Position numbers and translations under genes: made by a program. This document shows, piece after piece, positions 46,861 through 55,736 of a DNA stretch of 64,000 nucleotides (the stretch's first letter is position 1; every line of letters begins with the position of its first letter). Below the pieces are notes generated by a model that was given only the letters and a program-made list of their open reading frames with translations, did no database searches and was not told where the DNA came from. This stretch comes from Parcubacteria group bacterium Gr01-1014_38 (GTDB taxonomy: Bacteria; Patescibacteriota; Andersenbacteria; UBA10190; CAIZMI01): assembly GCA_007376145.1 (NCBI GenBank), contig VMFP01000004.1:6988-70987 (forward strand), given 5' to 3'.

Positions 46861-47562
46861 GTGACGGTTTCGCTGGTCATCCCCGCCTATAACGAAGAGG
46901 GACGTCTGCCGACGTTCCTGGAAGAACTCGTCACGTTTGGCCGAAAGGCACCGGGCGTATTGAGGGAAGTCCTCGTGGTGGACGATGGCTCCACGGACCG
47001 TACCGCGGCGGTCGCGCGCATGTTTGCGGACCTTCTCCCTCTCCGTGTCATCCGCGTACCCGAAAACCGCGGCAAGGGTGCAGCAGTGCGGACGGGTGTC
47101 TTCGAAAGTCACGGAGAGGTGGTGGTCTTCGGAGATGCCGACGGGGCGACCGCGCCCGCAGAACTCCCGAAGCTCCTCGCCGCGCTCGAACGGGCGCCTA
47201 TTGCGGTTGGGAACCGGTGGATGCCGGGGAGCCGCGTGGAAGGACGAGAGCCGTTTCGTGCACTCAGCGGATGGATGTACCGGACGTACGTGAGCCTCTT
47301 CGGACTCCGCGACATCGATACCATGTGCGGCTTCAAAGGGTTCCGGCGCGACGTCGCCCGGACACTCTTCGAACCGCTCCGAGAAGAACGGTGGCTCTTC
47401 GACACGGAAATCATGCTTCGTGCTCGTCGCCGCGGCTACGCCATTGCGAACGTTTCCATTCACTGGACCTCAAAGCACGGGTCGAAACTCAAGCTCCCGG
47501 CTCTGATCCGCGCCGTCTTTCAGATCCCGTTCCTCGCCGCGCGTGTTGCTTCCGAGCGGTAA
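46861..47562 (+). CDS. GT2 dolichyl/polyprenyl-phosphate beta-glucosyltransferase-like protein
   Basis: VIPAYNE, DDGSTD, NRGKGAAV, DADG, DTMCGFK, WLFDTE. Confidence 0.9.
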   Translation: MTVSLVIPAYNEEGRLPTFLEELVTFGRKAPGVLREVLVVDDGSTDRTAAVARMFADLLPLRVIRVPENRGKGAAVRTGVFESHGEVVVFGDADGATAPAELPKLLAALERAPIAVGNRWMPGSRVEGREPFRALSGWMYRTYVSLFGLRDIDTMCGFKGFRRDVARTLFEPLREERWLFDTEIMLRARRRGYAIANVSIHWTSKHGSKLKLPALIRAVFQIPFLAARVASER

Positions 47563-47565
47563 CGT

Positions 47566-48759
47566 ATGCGCGTCCTGTTTGTCGCGGCTCTTCCCCCGGA
47601 ACGCTCAAGTATGGTGGGGCGGATTCTGCCGCTCGCGCAGGAAGTGCACGCGGCCGGTCACGCCGTGGAAATTCTCACGTTGTCCGGCGCCCGTCGCGGG
47701 CCGTACACCGAGCGTCGCGACGTCGGCGGCATACGGCTGCGAACGGTGGGTCCGGCGCTCCGCGCGACAGACGAGATTCATCCGCATCCGGTCCGCACAT
47801 TCGTACGCTTTCTGATGGGACACACCGCACTCGCACGCGCCCTCGCGACGGCGAAAGCCGATGTGGTGATTCTCGAAAAACCACAACCACAAAACACGTT
47901 CCCGGCCCTGTCGTTCGCGCAGCGCGTCTCCGTCCCCCTCGTTCTTGATCTCGATGACCTCGAGGCGGAGGCGTCGCGACTCCCCGCACTGTTCCGGTGG
48001 GCATTCGCGCGCCTGGAATCCCAAGCAGTGGAGCACGCAGCAGTGGTGACGGTCGCCTCCGCGGCCCTGGCAGAGCACGTTCGCGCGCTCCGCCCCCGCG
48101 TACGGATGGAGCTCGTGCCGACAGGCGCGCGTCTTCCGCCAACGATCCCGAACGCACACCTCCGCGAACGCCTCGGCCTCCCAGCCGACGCCAAAGTCAT
48201 TCTGTACGTTGGCAGCCTCTCGATTGCTTCGGGTCATCGTGTCGATCACCTCCTGGACGCCTTTGCGAAACTCGCTCATACGATGCCTAACGTTCATCTT
48301 GTCCTTGCGGGGAACGGGCTCGACGAACAGCGCCTCCGTGCGACCGCTCGCTCCCTTCCTCCTGCCGCAAACATTCACTTCCTTGGTCGCTTCACGCCAC
48401 CGTCGGACTTCGCGCTCGCGCACGATGCCGATCTTCTCGTGGATCCTGTCGACCGGAGCCTCACGAATCAGGCCAAATCTTCGCACCGCGTGCTCTTGGC
48501 GCTCGCCACGGGCACGCCGATCGTTGCCGGAGCTGTCGGCATCCGCCCGCTGATGCTTCCTCCCGCCCTGCATGTTACGTGCCTCTACGATCCTGATGAT
48601 CCGGACGCGCTCCGTGCGGCGCTTGCGCGCGGGCTTCACGAAAGCGTCCGTGATCACTTCCGCCTGTACACGGCGGACCGCATCCATCCCTGGACGTGGC
48701 CGGTGCTTGGGCCACGGTTTGTCCATCTTCTTCAATCCGTTGCCCGCTCGACGTCCTGA
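47566..48759 (+). CDS. Glycosyltransferase family 4 (divergent)
   Basis: LDLDD, ILYVGSL, ALATGTPIV. Confidence 0.8.
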   Translation: MRVLFVAALPPERSSMVGRILPLAQEVHAAGHAVEILTLSGARRGPYTERRDVGGIRLRTVGPALRATDEIHPHPVRTFVRFLMGHTALARALATAKADVVILEKPQPQNTFPALSFAQRVSVPLVLDLDDLEAEASRLPALFRWAFARLESQAVEHAAVVTVASAALAEHVRALRPRVRMELVPTGARLPPTIPNAHLRERLGLPADAKVILYVGSLSIASGHRVDHLLDAFAKLAHTMPNVHLVLAGNGLDEQRLRATARSLPPAANIHFLGRFTPPSDFALAHDADLLVDPVDRSLTNQAKSSHRVLLALATGTPIVAGAVGIRPLMLPPALHVTCLYDPDDPDALRAALARGLHESVRDHFRLYTADRIHPWTWPVLGPRFVHLLQSVARSTS

Positions 48760-51173
48760 TGCGCATTGCCTTGACCCTCGTGGCACTCACGCTTTTCCCC
48801 GGCGTTCCGCTCGCCGTCGTCCTGCTCCGCAGTGTGCGCGATGGACTTTCCTGGCTGAGCGTGGCCGGCGTTTTGGGTCTTCTCTGGTCAGCTGCCGCCA
48901 CGGTTGGACTCACGATGCTCCACGTTCCACTCTCACCGCCGAGCGTGCTGGCGATCAATCTCATCCCCGCGCTCGTTCTCCTCACACGGCGGAGCACTCG
49001 GCGTTCGGCGGTCGGAGCCATCCGGACGCTGTCGTTTCCGCCCACCACGGTGTTCCTCGTCCTCCTGGTCGTCGGCGTGCTCCTCCTTCCGTTTCTGACG
49101 GTGCATCGCGGGCTCCCCACCGGCGATGTGCAGAAAGCCATCTTCTGGGGAACCGAGATCTTGGAATCCGCGCGTCTGCCGGACTACGCGGAGGCAACGC
49201 GGTTCAACCGTGACCCCGCAGACTTTGCCACTCCCGCACTGCACACGCTGACGGCCGCCGCGATGCGCCTGTCGGGTGATCCGCTCCGCGGTCCGACGTG
49301 GCTGGCGTTCCTCTCCGGCCTGTTCCTCGCCGGGCTGGCAGCGGCCTTCGGGAGTCTCCTTGACTACCACCACCGCCTGTCCCTTCTCCCTCCGCTCGCC
49401 TTTCTCCTCGCCGCCGCGAATGCTCGTGCTCTTCGCTACACTGCCGCGCCGGGGTACCACTACCAGAATCTTTTCGGAGAGCTCTTTCTCCTCATCAGTT
49501 TCTTCGCGCTCCTGCACGCGATCGGTGGGCGTGGGAATCAGCGCGTGGTCCTCCTCACCGCCGCCGCCGCAGGCCTTCTCCCCTTCGTCCACCAGTTCAG
49601 CGCGTTCTTCGCCATGCTCCTCTTGCCCACCATCTTCCTCATACTTCTCCTGAAGTATCGGGGGGAAGTCGCCTCACTGCTCGTCAATCGCTTCGCGAAA
49701 CGCCGCTCCCTGCTCGCGGCGGGAGCGCTGCTGGCAGCCGCTCTGGTGGCCACCCTCCTCACCAACATGGCACCGAGCGTGTTCTCTCGCCTGGTCACGC
49801 CTGCGCCGCATCTCCGTGCATCTCTCATTCTTCCCTCATCGATCCCGGAACTCCTGGGACTTCCGTTCGTCCTCCTCGGGATCGCCGGGATCATCATTGC
49901 CATCGTTCGCCTCCGTCGTCAGGATCTCGAGTGGCGGTGGTCGCTCCTCCTCATCTGGATCTTCCTCCTTGCGGCTCTGTCCCAGGGACCTCGCTGGTTC
50001 CTCGATATCCCTTCAGCACGCACGTTGTTCTACATCGTCACGCCCCTCGCGGTGCTCGCCGCGCTCGCCGTTGCGCGTGCCGTGGAGCAGATTCGGACTC
50101 TCTGGCCACGCGCGGCTTCCCTCCTGATTCCGGTTGCGCTCGCACTGGCACTCGCGCCGACGGTCGGCGTCCCCCTCAACGCGGGCCTCCAGGGTTTGGA
50201 CCAGCCGACATCCGGTACCTCGGTTCTCACCGATCAGACACACCCCCACAATGCCACCTTGACGCCGGCGATGCGTGAGCTTCTCTCCTTTCTCACTGAA
50301 CATCCACCAGCGTGCGAAGCATCACGCGCCTCCTGTCGTGACGCCATTCTCGTGGATGACTGGGGACAGCGGCGGAGCACCTGGGCGTTGCTCTCTCCCT
50401 ACCGCATGGTCATGCGAGTCGGGGCGGACATCGCCGTCAGCGCGGGAGAAGCGCATCAGAGTGCGCAGCGACGCCAGCAGTACGAAACACTCTTGGATTT
50501 TGAGAAGGTCTTCTCGCTGGGAACCTCGCCGCTGATCCGTCCTCTGTTGGAACGGCACGGGATCTCTCTTCTTCTCGGCAAGAACGGATCCTCCGCTGAT
50601 GTTTTTCGGCGCAACCCATTGCTGGAACCCATCTTCCAGACGTCGGAGGCGACGCTGTTCCGGGCAAAAATGGATGTCGCTGTGCAGCGCATGCCGGTCG
50701 ACGCGCCAGACGCCGACTTTCTGCTCGCGCCCACAACGCTCGTGAACGACATCGGGGACGCGGAAGATGCCGCCCCCCACCTCCCGCTCCCGCTCTTCGC
50801 CCCCAACAGCTCTCATCCGTTGAACATCTCGGAGCAGACCATTCGTGAAATCCGGAGTCAAGAAAGCCGTATCGGAATCAATGTCGGCCGTTTCGTGCCG
50901 GAATTCTGGGATGCCGACCGCAATCGCGTGGTGGACCGTCCGCTCCACCTTCTCCTCCGCGCGCTCTCGAACGGCGCGCGCGGACGTCTCCTCGTCGAGA
51001 ACACGGTTATCGCGACGTTCGCTCTCCCCACAACGGGAGAGCTCCGGAGTATCCGTGTCACCGTTCCGGAACGACTGCTCCGCTTCAATACCAGCGGCGA
51101 AGCCTTCCTCACCCTCGCGCTTGACCGTGGTCCACTCCGCCTTGACCTCCTGGCGGTGGGCCCTCCTCACTGA
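48759..51173 (+). CDS. Large multi-TM GT-C/STT3-like protein with C-terminal soluble domains
   Basis: PTGD after the N-terminal TMs, many TMs, then ELLSFL...AILVDDWG. Confidence 0.6.
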   Translation: MRIALTLVALTLFPGVPLAVVLLRSVRDGLSWLSVAGVLGLLWSAAATVGLTMLHVPLSPPSVLAINLIPALVLLTRRSTRRSAVGAIRTLSFPPTTVFLVLLVVGVLLLPFLTVHRGLPTGDVQKAIFWGTEILESARLPDYAEATRFNRDPADFATPALHTLTAAAMRLSGDPLRGPTWLAFLSGLFLAGLAAAFGSLLDYHHRLSLLPPLAFLLAAANARALRYTAAPGYHYQNLFGELFLLISFFALLHAIGGRGNQRVVLLTAAAAGLLPFVHQFSAFFAMLLLPTIFLILLLKYRGEVASLLVNRFAKRRSLLAAGALLAAALVATLLTNMAPSVFSRLVTPAPHLRASLILPSSIPELLGLPFVLLGIAGIIIAIVRLRRQDLEWRWSLLLIWIFLLAALSQGPRWFLDIPSARTLFYIVTPLAVLAALAVARAVEQIRTLWPRAASLLIPVALALALAPTVGVPLNAGLQGLDQPTSGTSVLTDQTHPHNATLTPAMRELLSFLTEHPPACEASRASCRDAILVDDWGQRRSTWALLSPYRMVMRVGADIAVSAGEAHQSAQRRQQYETLLDFEKVFSLGTSPLIRPLLERHGISLLLGKNGSSADVFRRNPLLEPIFQTSEATLFRAKMDVAVQRMPVDAPDADFLLAPTTLVNDIGDAEDAAPHLPLPLFAPNSSHPLNISEQTIREIRSQESRIGINVGRFVPEFWDADRNRVVDRPLHLLLRALSNGARGRLLVENTVIATFALPTTGELRSIRVTVPERLLRFNTSGEAFLTLALDRGPLRLDLLAVGPPH

Positions 51174-51193
51174 ACCTCATCCTGCCCTCACCC

Positions 51194-52684
51194 ATGACCT
51201 CACTCTTTACTCTCCGCCGCACGAAGCGCGTGTCCGGTGCTGCCTACCTGGCGGTATCTCAAACGATCCTGGTTGCCCTCGGGTACGTCACGCATGTGCT
51301 CGTCGGAAAGATTGGCGGACCGCCGCTGTACGGTGTCTACGGCCTCGTCCTCTCCTTGATGAGCATCATCAACATGCTTCTCTCGCTCGGAATTCCCGTC
51401 GCGGCATCGAAAGAGGTTGCAGAAGATGAAGCGAACAGCGGGGGCGTGTTTGTTTCTGCCCTGCGACTCCAACTGCTGTTTGCAGTGATACTCGGGGTGG
51501 CAACGTTTCTTCTCGCCACCCCCTTCGCAGCACTCCTCGGTGACTCGCGCCTGCATCCTCTCATTCGATTCGCGGCACTCATCTTTCCCGCGACGGCCGT
51601 GTATGCGTTGTTCTCGAACTACTTCAACGGCCTGCACGCCTTTGCCGCGCAAGCGCGCCTCACGGTCCTCTACGCCGTCGTGAAACTCGCCGGATCCGTG
51701 GGGTTTCTCTTTCTTTTCCGCTCGGTGACCGCCGCGCTTTCGGGATTTATCGCCGGAGGACTCGCGGCAACCGCAGTGGGATTCCTGCAGGCTTGGCCGA
51801 CCATTCGCGGACGTATCCAGAGAACGATCCCGCCACGCCGACTGTTTGTCTTTGCCGGGTCGTTCGTGGGGATCTCCATTGCACTCCAGATTCTCATGAG
51901 TTTGGATCTCTTCCTGGTCAAGCGCTTCCTGCAGGACAACACTCTCGTCGGCTACTACAATGCGGCGACGACCGTTGCGCGCATTCCGTACTTCATCCTC
52001 CAGGGTCTGGGCTTCGTCTTCCTGCCGAGCGTCGCCCGGCTGTTCAAGGAAGACCTCACCCGCGCCCGCACCTTCATCCGGGACGTCTTCCGCTACCTGT
52101 TCCTGTTCCTCGCGCCGATTACGGCGCTCGCGGCCACGACGAGCACAGCGCTCCTGAACCTGTTTTTCTCCGCGGAGTACAACCCGGCCGCTCGCCCACT
52201 CACGCTCTTGAGTATTGCGTTCGGATTCCTCTCCGCGTTCTATCTGCTGTCCACGATCGCCGCCGGTGCGGGGAGACCGAAGATTCCTCTGCGCATCGCC
52301 TGGACGCTCATCGTGTCGGCCGGTGCGCTCGGAACGCTCCTTATTCCTCGAGCGGGTCTCGAAGGAGCGGCGATCGCCACGCTGGCGGCGGCGGGAGCGG
52401 GCGCAGCGCTTCTGGCGATCTACATGTACCGGCAGTTCCTCCTTGCCTTCCCGCTCCAGACCTTCGTTCGTGGGACCATCGCCGTGGTCATTGCCGTCCT
52501 CCCGACCTATTTTGTGACGCCGCCAGCGATGTTCCTTCCTGTCTGGTATGCGCTTCTCTTTGCGGTGTACGCACTCACCTTGATTGCTCTCGGCGAAGTG
52601 CGCCGGGAAGATTGGATGCACCTGAAGAGTCTCCTCCCGCACGGCGGGCGACGCGGCACGACTCCGACAGAGATTGCTCACTAA
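51194..52684 (+). CDS. Wzx/MOP-family flippase
   Basis: YGVYG, GIPVAASK, VGYYNAA, LIPRAGLEGAAIAT. Confidence 0.88.
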   Translation: MTSLFTLRRTKRVSGAAYLAVSQTILVALGYVTHVLVGKIGGPPLYGVYGLVLSLMSIINMLLSLGIPVAASKEVAEDEANSGGVFVSALRLQLLFAVILGVATFLLATPFAALLGDSRLHPLIRFAALIFPATAVYALFSNYFNGLHAFAAQARLTVLYAVVKLAGSVGFLFLFRSVTAALSGFIAGGLAATAVGFLQAWPTIRGRIQRTIPPRRLFVFAGSFVGISIALQILMSLDLFLVKRFLQDNTLVGYYNAATTVARIPYFILQGLGFVFLPSVARLFKEDLTRARTFIRDVFRYLFLFLAPITALAATTSTALLNLFFSAEYNPAARPLTLLSIAFGFLSAFYLLSTIAAGAGRPKIPLRIAWTLIVSAGALGTLLIPRAGLEGAAIATLAAAGAGAALLAIYMYRQFLLAFPLQTFVRGTIAVVIAVLPTYFVTPPAMFLPVWYALLFAVYALTLIALGEVRREDWMHLKSLLPHGGRRGTTPTEIAH

Positions 52685-52692
52685 GCCCCCAC

Positions 52693-53307
52693 ATGCGCCG
52701 AACGGTCGCGGCAACTCTTCTGACGGTGGGAGGTGGACTGCTGGCATTTTTCTCAAGTGACCAGTTTCCGTCCAGGGAGTACGTGCTGAACTTTTCCGAC
52801 GAGCGTGACCTCGCCGTTCTTACCTCAATCCAAGGTATCCCCTTCTCTGTCTCGGACGGGCACGTCACCGTCACCGAACCGCTCGCACAGCTCCGCCTCC
52901 CCTTCGGAAAAACCGTTCTCGGGAAGCGACTGGTGTTCCGCGCCCGATTCCGGGCGGATGCAGCCGCCGAGGTTGCCATCGGCGTGAAGAAAGGCACGTT
53001 TTGGCTCGACTACGAGCGGCAATCGTTGTTTGCCGCCGGTTCGGAGGAGCGCGGAGCGAATGCCGACTGGATCGAAGGAGAACGACAGTTTGACTTGAGC
53101 CCCGCATATCTTGCGCCTGACGGATCGCTTGAGCTGATGTTCTTCGTGAAGTATGCGGAGGAACAGCCGCGCCTTGTGCTGGACGAACTGCGGCTCCGTG
53201 TAGAATCTAGCGCACCGAATCTCCGAACGCTCGTCCACCGAGTCCGCAGCCAGGCCGCGCGCCTCATCCGGCGACCGCCGGTGACATCGCTCATCCCAGT
53301 GCCGTGA
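52693..53307 (+). CDS. Hypothetical exported or membrane-anchored protein
   Basis: ATG 9 nt after the flippase stop, N-terminal hydrophobic segment, overlaps the next gene (GTGA). Confidence 0.65.
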   Translation: MRRTVAATLLTVGGGLLAFFSSDQFPSREYVLNFSDERDLAVLTSIQGIPFSVSDGHVTVTEPLAQLRLPFGKTVLGKRLVFRARFRADAAAEVAIGVKKGTFWLDYERQSLFAAGSEERGANADWIEGERQFDLSPAYLAPDGSLELMFFVKYAEEQPRLVLDELRLRVESSAPNLRTLVHRVRSQAARLIRRPPVTSLIPVP

Positions 53308-53633
53308 CCCTCGACCGCCACTCAACGCTCCGCGGCATCACGCTCGGCCTGTGGGTCCTGACGGGACTCGCGTTCCTCGCCGAAGCGCTACTTCCGGGGA
53401 TCGGGAGATTTCCTCTGCTCGCACCGTGGCTCCTCGCCACATCCATCGGCTGGGTTGCCCTTATCCCGAACCGCGAAAACCTTACCCGTCTCCCCGCATC
53501 ACGCGTGCTTCTCCTCGCCGGCTTCGTGCTCGCCCTCGCCACAAGCTTCGTTCTCATCCGCGATGGCGACCGCCGCTCGCTCCTCTTCGCTGGCTTCGCT
53601 AGCCTTGCGACCCTCCTCCTACACAAAAAGTAA
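53304..53633 (+). CDS. Small multi-TM hypothetical protein
   Basis: About four hydrophobic segments; coupled start. Confidence 0.65.
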   Translation: MTLDRHSTLRGITLGLWVLTGLAFLAEALLPGIGRFPLLAPWLLATSIGWVALIPNRENLTRLPASRVLLLAGFVLALATSFVLIRDGDRRSLLFAGFASLATLLLHKK

Positions 53634-53675
53634 ACGTGCCTGAGCATTTAACTAAACCAATACTGCCCGCATGAG

Positions 53676-53706
53676 AAAGACCTTCGACCAGGCGTCGAAG
53701 GTCTTT
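53676..53706. terminator. Hairpin between convergent genes
   Basis: Perfect 13-bp stem aaagaccttcgac-caggc-gtcgaaggtcttt. Confidence 0.65.
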
Positions 53707-53711
53707 GGGAG

Positions 53712-53930
53712 TCACTTGCGCAGCGACTCCCGGCGTGTGTCCTTTGACGGGAACACCCATCCGCTTCCGCCACACCCAGGGCAGATCGTGGTGCCCTTAC
53801 AACGAGGGCATGCCCCGCAAAGCAATTCGCGGAAGCGTTCGTGCATGGCTCCCACGGTGCCATACGGGTACTTGCTGCATTCGCAGCGGCCAGTGCCAGA
53901 ACAACCACCGCACTGAACAGGCGCGCACAT
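53712..53930 (-). CDS. Small DnaJ-type zinc-finger protein (CxxCxGxG repeats)
   Basis: CGGCSGTG, CEC, CPRCKGT, CPGCGGSG; GGAGGT SD. Confidence 0.72.
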   Translation of the reverse strand: MCAPVQCGGCSGTGRCECSKYPYGTVGAMHERFRELLCGACPRCKGTTICPGCGGSGWVFPSKDTRRESLRK

Positions 53931-54051
53931 AGAGCACCTCCAGAAAATGGGAAAAGGGTATTCGACAGCAGAGAGGAACGATAACGTTCCGCTTCTGCGC
54001 CGAGCAGCGCCTTATTCCCGTAAAGGTGCTCTTGGAAAGGAGCAGGATGCG

Positions 54052-54080
54052 ATGCTAGCACGTACTTCCCGTTCTGTCAA
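54052..54080 (-). promoter_or_regulatory. sigma70 promoter of the zinc-finger gene
   Basis: TTGACA-17 bp-TAGCAT. Confidence 0.72.
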
Positions 54081-54098
54081 CCTCCAGGAGACAACAAG

Positions 54099-54142
54099 AA
54101 AAAACCCCGCACTGGATTCACTTCGGTGAATCCGCTGCGGGG
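54099..54142 (-). terminator. Intrinsic terminator
   Basis: ccccgca..ggattcac-ttcg-gtgaatcc..tgcgggg, with an A-run giving a U tail on the minus strand. Confidence 0.7.
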
Positions 54143-54163
54143 CAAAAAGGAAGATGCTGCTCG

Positions 54164-54577
54164 CTACCCGACAATCGTGCAGATTCTGACGATCCGCACG
54201 CCTCGCAGGTTGCCATCGTCTGGAAAGAAACCATATTCATGGGTGCGGTCGGTCACCAAGTGGAGGTTGCCACTCTGGATCGCGTCGAGAAGAAGTTGGC
54301 GAGCCTCGTCCTCACTAACGAAGTCACCACGCTGGCGACTGTAGTAGAGGTACAAGACGGAGGCGGGTGTATCCGTCATCGGGTTCCCGACCTTGACCTT
54401 GATCTTCATGATCTCGGGCGTGTCGTCGTTCGGCGGAAAGCCATATTCGACGAAGCGATCCGTCATGATGTCGAGGTTCTCCTCTTCTACAGCCTGGCGG
54501 ACGATACGTCGCGCCTCTTCATGAGGCACGAACTTACGTTGCTTGAGGTCGAAGTACAGGGTGTGGCGCGCTGCCAT
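54164..54577 (-). CDS. Hypothetical protein made of two tandem ~60-aa repeats
   Basis: LY....FV..EAR.....A....NL...TDR..EYGF.P.D occurs twice; AGGAGG SD. Confidence 0.8.
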   Translation of the reverse strand: MAARHTLYFDLKQRKFVPHEEARRIVRQAVEEENLDIMTDRFVEYGFPPNDDTPEIMKIKVKVGNPMTDTPASVLYLYYSRQRGDFVSEDEARQLLLDAIQSGNLHLVTDRTHEYGFFPDDGNLRGVRIVRICTIVG

Positions 54578-54625
54578 ACGTCCTCCTGAGAGAGTGTTGA
54601 GGTTTAGTTGTCCAAAGAGATAAAA

Positions 54626-54654
54626 ATCCTAGCAGTAAACAGCCTTCCTGTCAA
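54626..54654 (-). promoter_or_regulatory. sigma70 promoter
   Basis: TTGACA-17 bp-TAGGAT. Confidence 0.72.
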
Positions 54655-54706
54655 GGTTCGCTGAAGATACGCGTCAGACGTGATACACTAGCAAGACCTC
54701 TCTCCA

Positions 54707-54859
54707 ATGATCGAATCGAAGTTCAGTGAATTCTTTCGGAGTCCGCTCGGCGTGCTCTCGGTGATCGGCGTGATTTTTGTCGCTGGCGTTCTCGTCTTTC
54801 TTTTTGTCGCGCGCGTCTTCCGCGGCCTGATTGAACAAGCCCCGCCGGTGCTGTACTAA
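54707..54859 (+). CDS. 50-aa single-TM protein (not in the ORF track)
   Basis: MIESKFSEFFRSPLGVLSVIGVIFVAGVLVFLFVARVFRGLIEQAPPVLY*; extended -10 TGaTACACT upstream. Confidence 0.55.
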   Translation: MIESKFSEFFRSPLGVLSVIGVIFVAGVLVFLFVARVFRGLIEQAPPVLY

Positions 54860-54870
54860 TTCGCAAGCCA

Positions 54871-54899
54871 GCCCCACTTCGCCAAAAGCTCCGCGGGGC
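54871..54899. repeat. REP-like palindromic element
   Basis: gcccca-cttcgccaaaagctcc-gcggggc. Confidence 0.4.
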
Positions 54900-54936
54900 A
54901 CAACCTCTCCCCGGAGAGGCTGTGGAAAAGTGGGGG

Positions 54937-54964
54937 TTGACGGCGGTTCGCAGTGCGATACGCT
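54937..54964 (+). promoter_or_regulatory. Promoter of the riboswitch-led operon
   Basis: TTGACG-16 bp-TACGCT. Confidence 0.55.
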
Positions 54965-54994
54965 CAGTTCAGAACAGCTTTTTCCAACTTTTGG

Positions 54995-55095
54995 CGTTCA
55001 GTCGGAGTGAAGTGGGTGAAATTCCCACGCTGTGCCGCAACGGTAATTACCCTTAAGCAGCGTCGAAGGGTAAAAGTCCGATCTTCCTCTGAACG
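54995..55095 (+). promoter_or_regulatory. Cobalamin riboswitch, compact class-II (AdoCbl-variant-like)
   Basis: P1 cgttcag/ctgaacg; T-loop hairpin gtggg-tgaaatt-cccac; ctgtgccgcaacggtaa; P6 tacc ctt/aag ggta; aagtccg. Downstream genes are B12-binding types. Confidence 0.85.
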
Positions 55096-55152
55096 ATTCT
55101 CGTTCTCCCGAGCAGGAGTGTCGTAAAGACAACGATTGTTGGTGCGTTGCGC

Positions 55153-55180
55153 CCTGTTCGAGAGAACAGGATTTTTTCTT
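55153..55180 (+). terminator. Attenuator terminator in the riboswitch expression platform
   Basis: cctgttc-gaga-gaacagg-attttttctt before the first ATG. Confidence 0.6.
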
Positions 55181-55196
55181 AATTGTGCGCGCACAC

Positions 55197-55736
55197 ATGC
55201 CGAGCACATTCTTCGCAAAATTCCGTCGCTTCGGGCCTGAAGCGCTCTCACTCGCCCTGCTTCTTCCGCTTGTCCTCGTCCTGGGGTTCGTCCTAACGCG
55301 GTTTCCGAAGGATAGTGTCGTCACGCCGCCTGCGCCGTCCCCAACCGGTAGCATTGTCTCTCCAGCAGCCACCCCGACCAGTTCTCCGGAAGCTTCTCCG
55401 GTATTCAAAGCTCAAACACAGATCATCACCCTCGAAATTCGTGGTCCGGAGGGGTCCGCAACCTACCGGCTACCGGCGCAGGCAGAAGCATCCGTCGCGG
55501 ACCTTCTCGTTCGCGCTTCACTAGAACAGGGGCTTCGCCTGGAAACCAAAGACTACGGAGGGTCACTCGGGATCTTTGTGAAAGCACTCAACGGCTCCCG
55601 TAATGACCCGAAGCGCAAACTGTACTGGTCCTTGTACGTCAATGGGGTGTTCTCGCAACTCGGCGCTTCCAGCGCACGGGTACGCCCCGGCGACAGCGTG
55701 ACCTGGGCGTACGAGCCGATGCACGAAGAGCAATGA
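55197..55736 (+). CDS. Membrane-anchored DUF4430 (transcobalamin beta-domain-like) protein
   Basis: N-terminal TM, P/S/T linker, then YGGSLGIFVKALNG...YWSLYVNG...GAS...GDSVTWAY. Confidence 0.85.
   Translation: MPSTFFAKFRRFGPEALSLALLLPLVLVLGFVLTRFPKDSVVTPPAPSPTGSIVSPAATPTSSPEASPVFKAQTQIITLEIRGPEGSATYRLPAQAEASVADLLVRASLEQGLRLETKDYGGSLGIFVKALNGSRNDPKRKLYWSLYVNGVFSQLGASSARVRPGDSVTWAYEPMHEEQ

Noticed and set aside
54921-54929. DnaA box (TTTTCCACA on the minus strand) suggesting oriC
   Set aside because: Single box, with no cluster, no AT-rich unwinding element and no dnaA nearby.
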